Notes under the pieces: generated by a model | Seen by the model: the letters and a program-made list of their open reading frames with translations, nothing else | The model's database searches: none | Told to the model about the DNA's origin: nothing | Origin: Polyangiales bacterium | Lineage (GTDB): Bacteria > Myxococcota_A > Polyangia > Polyangiales > Ga0077539 | Direction of reading: 5' to 3' | Assembly: GCA_044229975.1 (NCBI GenBank) | Contig: JBGARZ010000010.1 | Span: 64,001-128,000 of the forward strand | DNA length: 64,000 bases | Program-made: the position numbers and the translations under genes | In this document: positions 58,787 through 64,000 of the stretch, piece by piece | Layout: each line of letters begins with the position of its first letter | Numbering within the stretch: position 1 is the stretch's first letter

Positions 58787-61420
58787 ATGAGCAACACGAC
58801 CCGAAGCTGGAAGCTCGATGGTTATGGCCCCGACGCGAAGGCCGCGCTGGCCGGCGCGCAGAGCCTCGCGGACGAGCGCTCGCACGCCGAGGTGGAGTCC
58901 CTGCACCTCCTCTTCCGACTCCTCGATCGCGACCCGCTGGTGCAGCGCGCATTCGAGCAGGCGGGCGTCGACCCGGGCGACCTGCTCTTCGAAGTCGAAG
59001 CCGTGCTGCGGAAGATTCCGCAGGTGCCGGGCGCCGTGGCCTTCCTCTCTCCGCGGCTGCTCGGGCTCACCACGCGCGCGGAGTCCGAGGCGTCGCGCGA
59101 CGCGAGCCCGGTGCGCGTGCGCCACCTGCTCATCGCGATCGTCAACGAGGTCACCGGGCTCACCGGTGCGGTGCTGCGCGCGCTCGACGTCGACGAGGCG
59201 AAGGTGCGCGCCGCGCTCAAGGGACTGCCCGACTCCATGGCGTCGACCGAGGGCGTGAGCAGCCCGAGCGTTCCGACGCCGGGCGGCGGTGGTGGCAGCG
59301 GCGGCGGAGCGACGGGCGACGTGCTCGCGCGCTACACCCGCGACCTCATCGCCGAAGCTGGCAAGGACCGCTTCGACCCCATCGTGGGCCGCGACGTCGA
59401 GCTGCGGCGCCTGCTCCAGGTCATCGCGCGCCGCACCAAGAACTCCCCGGTGCTCGTGGGCGAAGCGGGCGTGGGCAAGCGCTCCATCGTGTACGCGCTG
59501 GCAACCCGCCTCGCGCGCGGGGATGTCCCGGCGCCGCTGCGCAAGAAGCGCTTGATGCAGCTCGACCTCGGGCTGCTGGTGGCGGGCGCGCGGCTGCGGG
59601 GCGAGCTCGAAGACCGGCTGCGCGCGGTGCTGGCGGCGGCGAGCGCGCTCGACGGCGAGGTGATCCTCTTCGTCGACGAGCTGCACGCGCTCTTCAACAA
59701 CCCGGGCGCGGGAGGCGGGCCCGCCGACCTGTTGAAGCCGGCGCTGGGGCGCGGCGAGGTGCAGATCATCGGCACCACGACCCCGGGCGCCTACAAGAAG
59801 ACCATCGAGAGCGACTCGGCGCTGTCGCGGCTCTTCGCGGCGCTGCTCATCGAGGCGCCCACCGAGGAGGAGGCCATCGGCATGTGCCGCGGCATCGTGG
59901 AGCGCTACGAGGTGCACCACGGCGTTCGCATCAACGACCCGGCGGTGGTGGCCGCGGTGAAGCTGGGCAAGCGCTACCTGGGGGGCCGCGAGCTGCCCGA
60001 CGCGGCCATCGACCTCATCGACGAGGCGGCCGCGCAGTGCCGGCTGGCGCTCGACGCGGGGCCGCCGGAGCTCGACTCGCTGGCGCGGCTCCAGTCGGCG
60101 CTCGAAGCGCAGCACCGCTCGCTGGTGGACGAAGAGGACAGCGCGTCGGTGGAGGTTCGCAAGAAGGTCGAGGCGCAGCTCGCCGAGACGCGCGCGAAGC
60201 TGGAGGTGCTCCGGCCGCGGTGGGACAAGCAGCGCGACGTGATCGCGGCGCTGCGGTCGGCGAAGGCGAAGATCCTCGGGCTGCGGGCCGAGCGCGACAA
60301 GGCGGCGGCGCAGGGCGACACGGGGGCGGCGTCGCGGCTGGCCACCGGCGACCTCCCGGCGGCGGAGAAGGTGCTCGCGGAGGCGGAGGCGGCGCTCGCG
60401 AAGGAGGGCGAGCTGCTCTCGCGGCTGAGCGTCGACGAGACGGGCGTCGCGGGGGTGCTGGAGCAGTGGACCGGGGTGCCGGTGAGCAAGATGCTCGCGA
60501 GCGAGACCGAGAAGCTGCTGAAGATGGAGGACCACATCCGCAGTCGGGTGGTGGGTCAGGACGAGGCGCTGCGGCTCATCGCGAAGGCGGTGCGACGGGG
60601 CAGGGTGGGGCTGCGCGATCCGGGCAGGCCCATCGGGAGCTTCTTGTGCCTTGGGCCGACGGGTGTCGGAAAGACGGAGCTGGCGAAGGCGCTGGCGGAG
60701 TTCTTGTTCGATGACGAGGCGGCGATGGTGCGCCTCGACATGAGCGAGTTCATGGAGAAGGGCTCGGTGTGGCGGCTCATCGGATCACCGACGGGCTTCG
60801 TGGACAGCGAGTCGGGCGGCATGCTGACGGAGGCGATTCGTCGACGGCCGTTCTCGGTGGTGTTGTTCGATGAAGTGGAGAAGGCGCATCCCGATACGTT
60901 CAACATTCTCCTGCAGGTGTTGGACGATGGTCGGTTGAGCGACAACCGCGGTCAGCTCGCCAACTTCAGCGACACGGTCATCGTGATGACCAGCAACATC
61001 GGCGCGCACCGCATTCTTGAAGCGACGGAGCAGGGGACTTCGGATGAAGACCTGCGGGAAGAGATCCAGGGAGAGCTGAAGAAGCACTTCCGGCCGGAGT
61101 TTCTCAACCGCATCGATGACGTGTTGATCTTCGATCGATTGAGCAAGGTGGCGCTGCGGGGGATTGTCGATATCCAGTTGAAGCGGCTGGGCAAGCTGCT
61201 CAAGGAGAGCCAGATCGGCCTGGAGGTGACCAACCCGGCGCGCGATCTGCTGACCGACCTCGGGTATGACCCGGCGTATGGAGCGAGGCCGTTGAAGCGG
61301 GTGATCTTGAAGCAGCTACAAGACCCGTTGGCGGAAGAGCTGCTGCGTGGCGGGTATGGGCCCAACGACACGGTGCGGGTGGACGTCGGCGACGCGGGGT
61401 TCTCCTTCGCGAAGGTGTGA
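58787..61420 (+). CDS. Clp/Hsp100 AAA+ ATPase (ClpB/ClpV-like; probable TssH by position)
   Basis: Clp-N domain; NBD1 GEAGVGKR / LFVDELH; coiled-coil middle domain; NBD2 GPTGVGKT / LFDEVEKAH; FRPEFLNRID; YGARPLKR. Confidence 0.9.
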   Translation: MSNTTRSWKLDGYGPDAKAALAGAQSLADERSHAEVESLHLLFRLLDRDPLVQRAFEQAGVDPGDLLFEVEAVLRKIPQVPGAVAFLSPRLLGLTTRAESEASRDASPVRVRHLLIAIVNEVTGLTGAVLRALDVDEAKVRAALKGLPDSMASTEGVSSPSVPTPGGGGGSGGGATGDVLARYTRDLIAEAGKDRFDPIVGRDVELRRLLQVIARRTKNSPVLVGEAGVGKRSIVYALATRLARGDVPAPLRKKRLMQLDLGLLVAGARLRGELEDRLRAVLAAASALDGEVILFVDELHALFNNPGAGGGPADLLKPALGRGEVQIIGTTTPGAYKKTIESDSALSRLFAALLIEAPTEEEAIGMCRGIVERYEVHHGVRINDPAVVAAVKLGKRYLGGRELPDAAIDLIDEAAAQCRLALDAGPPELDSLARLQSALEAQHRSLVDEEDSASVEVRKKVEAQLAETRAKLEVLRPRWDKQRDVIAALRSAKAKILGLRAERDKAAAQGDTGAASRLATGDLPAAEKVLAEAEAALAKEGELLSRLSVDETGVAGVLEQWTGVPVSKMLASETEKLLKMEDHIRSRVVGQDEALRLIAKAVRRGRVGLRDPGRPIGSFLCLGPTGVGKTELAKALAEFLFDDEAAMVRLDMSEFMEKGSVWRLIGSPTGFVDSESGGMLTEAIRRRPFSVVLFDEVEKAHPDTFNILLQVLDDGRLSDNRGQLANFSDTVIVMTSNIGAHRILEATEQGTSDEDLREEIQGELKKHFRPEFLNRIDDVLIFDRLSKVALRGIVDIQLKRLGKLLKESQIGLEVTNPARDLLTDLGYDPAYGARPLKRVILKQLQDPLAEELLRGGYGPNDTVRVDVGDAGFSFAKV

Positions 61421-61429
61421 GCTGGGAGA

Positions 61430-61870
61430 TCAGGCGTCGCGCAGCCACGCGGCGAGCGCGGTAGCGTCGAGCGTAGCGAGCGCGTGGCCCGCTGCGGTCG
61501 GGCCGTCGACGTCGAGGCGACGCTCGAGGACGCCGCGCTCGGCGTCGGTGAGGGGGCGGGCGAGGGTGAGTTCCGCGACGCGCACCAGCGCGGGGAGCAA
61601 GGCGTGGGTGGTCTCCTGCTGGCCCTGCCGCTGACCCTCCAATCGTCCCGCCTCCAGTCCCTCCTCCAGTCCCAGGGCGTGCTGGGTACGCATGTATTCT
61701 TCGGCTTCCGTGACGTCGAGCATGAGCGCCTCCGTGAGAGCGATGCCGCGACGTTGCGCGGCGAGGAGCAACTGTACCACCGCCGCATAGAGCTTCTTGC
61801 CGCGCGGCACCTGACCGTAGCGCTCGCGCAGGGAGCGGAGCGCCGCCTGGAAGGTCGCGCCTGCGCCCAT
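61430..61870 (-). pseudogene. C-terminal fragment of an Rpn-like / PD-(D/E)XK-associated protein
   Basis: TLPLRLMGAG...GLEEGLEAGRLEGQRQG repeat and terminal LAAWL helix; no plausible N-terminal part upstream. Confidence 0.45.
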
Positions 61871-61894
61871 GAGGCGGAGAGGGAGCGTGTCGTC

Positions 61895-61933
61895 GGTGGC
61901 GGCGGTGGGTGGCGGCGGTGGGTGGCGGCGGTG
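61895..61933. repeat. 13-bp tandem repeat, 3 copies (GGTGGCGGCGGTG)
   Basis: Perfect copies start at 61895, 61908 and 61921. Confidence 0.85.
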
Positions 61934-61962
61934 CGCGGCGACGGTGGTAGGTTGCGGCGGCC

Positions 61963-62526
61963 ATGACGACGAGACCACTGCCGTGCGGGGCGATGTTCCG
62001 CGCGGTCGCGACGATGCTGCTGGGGTGCGTGGGCTGCACGGAGGCGCACGCGCAGCCGCGGCGGGACGCAGGCGCGGTGGTGCGGAGAGACGCGGGCGTC
62101 GTCGCGAGGATGGACGCGGGGGTGACCGCGACGCGCAGAGACGCGGGCGTGGCGACGACGCGCAGAGACGCGGGCGCGACGGCGAGGAGAGACGCGGGTG
62201 TGGACGTAGCGGTGGCGGTGTTGCCGCCGACGCACGGGCGCATCGAGCCGCGAGAGGCGCAGCGGGTGCTGGCGACGCGGGCGACGGAGGTGCGCGGTTG
62301 CTACGAGCGGGCGTTGGCGCGCGACGCGACGCTGGCAGGTGAGCTCACGGTGCGGCTGCGGGTGGAGAGCGACGGTCGGGTGTCGCAGACGTCGCTGAGC
62401 GGGGACGACGCGCTGCGCGGAGCGGGGCGATGCATGGAAGGGGTGCTGCGAGGGCTGGTGTTTCCAGCGCCGACGGGCGGGCCCGCGACGGTGACGGTGC
62501 CGTACGTGTTTCGCGCGGGGGAGTGA
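61963..62526 (+). CDS. AgmX/PglI C-terminal (TonB-C-like) domain protein with RRDAG repeats (start may be ~61993)
   Basis: VRGCYERALARD..LAGELTVRL......GRV...C.......LVFP.P.GG...V.VPY.F; six (R)RDAG-type repeats. Confidence 0.8.
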   Translation: MTTRPLPCGAMFRAVATMLLGCVGCTEAHAQPRRDAGAVVRRDAGVVARMDAGVTATRRDAGVATTRRDAGATARRDAGVDVAVAVLPPTHGRIEPREAQRVLATRATEVRGCYERALARDATLAGELTVRLRVESDGRVSQTSLSGDDALRGAGRCMEGVLRGLVFPAPTGGPATVTVPYVFRAGE

Positions 62527-62599
62527 GGGCGGCAGTCGGGCGTTCTCGCGAACGCCGGTCCCCTGATATACGAGGTGGATGGCGGATGGCGGAGCCTCG

Positions 62600-64000
62600 A
62601 TGAGCGTCCGATGGCGTACCCTCTGTGCCCCGCTCGCGTTGCTCACGTGGCTCGCCCTCCCCCTCTCCGCGGGCTGCGGCGCTCGTGGCGGCGATTGTGT
62701 CACCGGCAGCCCCTGCGCCTGCCCCGATGCCCGCCGCGGCGTTCGCTCGTGCGCGGTCGACGGCACTGCCGCCGCCTGTCGTTGCGCCGCCAGCGGTGAG
62801 CTCCCGCCGCCGCCGCCAGGCATGGCCCTCGTCCCCGGCGGAACCTTCCCCATGGGCTCCACCACTGGCTTCCCCGACGAGATGCCCGTCCATCAGGTGC
62901 GCGTCGAGTCGTTCTATCTCGACGTCGAAGAGGTCACCGTCGCGGAGTACCGCCAGTGCTCGGACACCGGGCGCTGCACCCCGCTCGGGCGACGCGCCGC
63001 GTGGCCAGAGATCTTCCCCGACGAGCGCGAGTCGTGGAGCCAGTTCTGCAACGCCAACCTCCGCAACCACGACGACCACCCCGCCAACTGCGTCGAGTGG
63101 TCGCAGGCCGACACCTACTGCCGCGTCCACGGCTGGCGACTGCCCACCGAGGAGGAGTTCGAGTACGCGGCCCGCGGCGGCAGCGAGGCGCGCACCTACC
63201 CGTGGGGCGAGCAAGCCCTCGACGAGACGCGCCTCAACGCGTGCGGCTCCGAGTGTCAGGGCGAGATCAGCCGCATCCGCGGTGGGTGGCAGGCGCTCTA
63301 CCCCGGTTCCGATGGCTACGCCGGAACCTCCCCCGTCGGCAGCTTCCCCGCCGGCCGCGGCCGCTGGGGACACTCCGACCTCGCGGGCAACGTCTGGGAG
63401 TGGACCTCCACGCTCTACTGTCGCTACGACGACGCAGGCTGCTTCAGCGATCAGCGCGTCGTGCGCGGGTCGGGCTTCCTCCAGACCAACGCCATCAAGG
63501 CGCGCGCGACGCGCCGCAATCAGGACACCGAGTGGCACGTGAGCGGCGACAGCGGCTTCCGCTGCGCCACCAGCATCGGGCCCAACCCGCGCGCCAACTC
63601 GTCGGCGCCGTCGTTCACCCTCATGCACCAGCGGCCCGACAGCGCGCGGGCCGTCGTGCTCATGGTGCTGTCGCTGCTCACGCTCGTGCTCACCGGCGCG
63701 GTGCTCGGCCTCCTCGGCGGCGGCGGCTCGGTGCTCACGCTCCCCACCATGCTCCTCGTCGTGGGCCTCGAACCCATCACCGCATCCGCCATGAGCGTCA
63801 TCGTGATGACCGCCACCGCGCCCGTCTCCGCGCTCGCCCACGCGCGCCGCGGCAACGTGCGCCTCGGCCTCGCGCTGCCCTTCGGTCTCCTCGGCTCCGC
63901 TGGCGCGTTCGCGGGCGCCCGACTCGCGCAGCTCGTCCCGTCGCCCATCCTGCTCGCGGGCTTCGTCGTCGTGATGCTCGTCACCGCGCGCGCCATGCTG
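62600..64000 (+). CDS. Lipoprotein FGE-sulfatase (SUMF1-like) domain fused in frame to a TauE/SafE-family permease; runs off the window end
   Basis: Translated by hand from ATG 62600 with no stop: LSAGC, GGTFPMGS, HPANCVEW, RLPTEEEFEYAARG, YPWG, DLAGNVWEW, RVVRG, GFRC, then GAVLGLLGGGGSVLTLP and further TM helices. Confidence 0.8.
   Translation, partial: MSVRWRTLCAPLALLTWLALPLSAGCGARGGDCVTGSPCACPDARRGVRSCAVDGTAAACRCAASGELPPPPPGMALVPGGTFPMGSTTGFPDEMPVHQVRVESFYLDVEEVTVAEYRQCSDTGRCTPLGRRAAWPEIFPDERESWSQFCNANLRNHDDHPANCVEWSQADTYCRVHGWRLPTEEEFEYAARGGSEARTYPWGEQALDETRLNACGSECQGEISRIRGGWQALYPGSDGYAGTSPVGSFPAGRGRWGHSDLAGNVWEWTSTLYCRYDDAGCFSDQRVVRGSGFLQTNAIKARATRRNQDTEWHVSGDSGFRCATSIGPNPRANSSAPSFTLMHQRPDSARAVVLMVLSLLTLVLTGAVLGLLGGGGSVLTLPTMLLVVGLEPITASAMSVIVMTATAPVSALAHARRGNVRLGLALPFGLLGSAGAFAGARLAQLVPSPILLAGFVVVMLVTARAML

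Overview
Very GC-rich (roughly 70-75% by eye), gene-dense bacterial DNA with clear Myxococcota hallmarks: a MYXO-CTERM protein, a Ser/Thr kinase-TPR/PEGA pair, Cys-rich lipoproteins with DAG linkers and an AgmX/PglI C-terminal protein. In order, it holds: a degenerate HD-GYP plus helical-repeat pair; a PspA/Vipp1-like locus; a 1817-aa five-domain enzyme (atypical cytochrome P450, FAD-dependent fatty-acid-isomerase-like oxidoreductase, fatty acyl-AMP ligase, ACP, thioesterase) coupled to a second, frameshifted P450; a DUF6029-like outer-membrane protein with a CxxC redoxin; pepQ and dusB; an orphan N6-adenine methyltransferase operon; divergent twin ATP-grasp genes; surface proteins; bcp; a partial type VI secretion cluster (tssE | tssJKLM-tagF-tssABC plus an atypical Clp ATPase); and, at the right edge, an FGE-sulfatase/TauE fusion that the ORF track missed. 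Several structured intergenic palindromes are present, including a perfect 92-bp inverted repeat flanked by a 25-bp direct repeat. The best candidate for an undescribed system is the P450-isomerase-FAAL-ACP-TE enzyme, a possible stand-alone lipid/oxylipin-tailoring assembly line. No rRNA, tRNA or CRISPR array was recognised. All family assignments come from motif recognition by eye, not from database searches.
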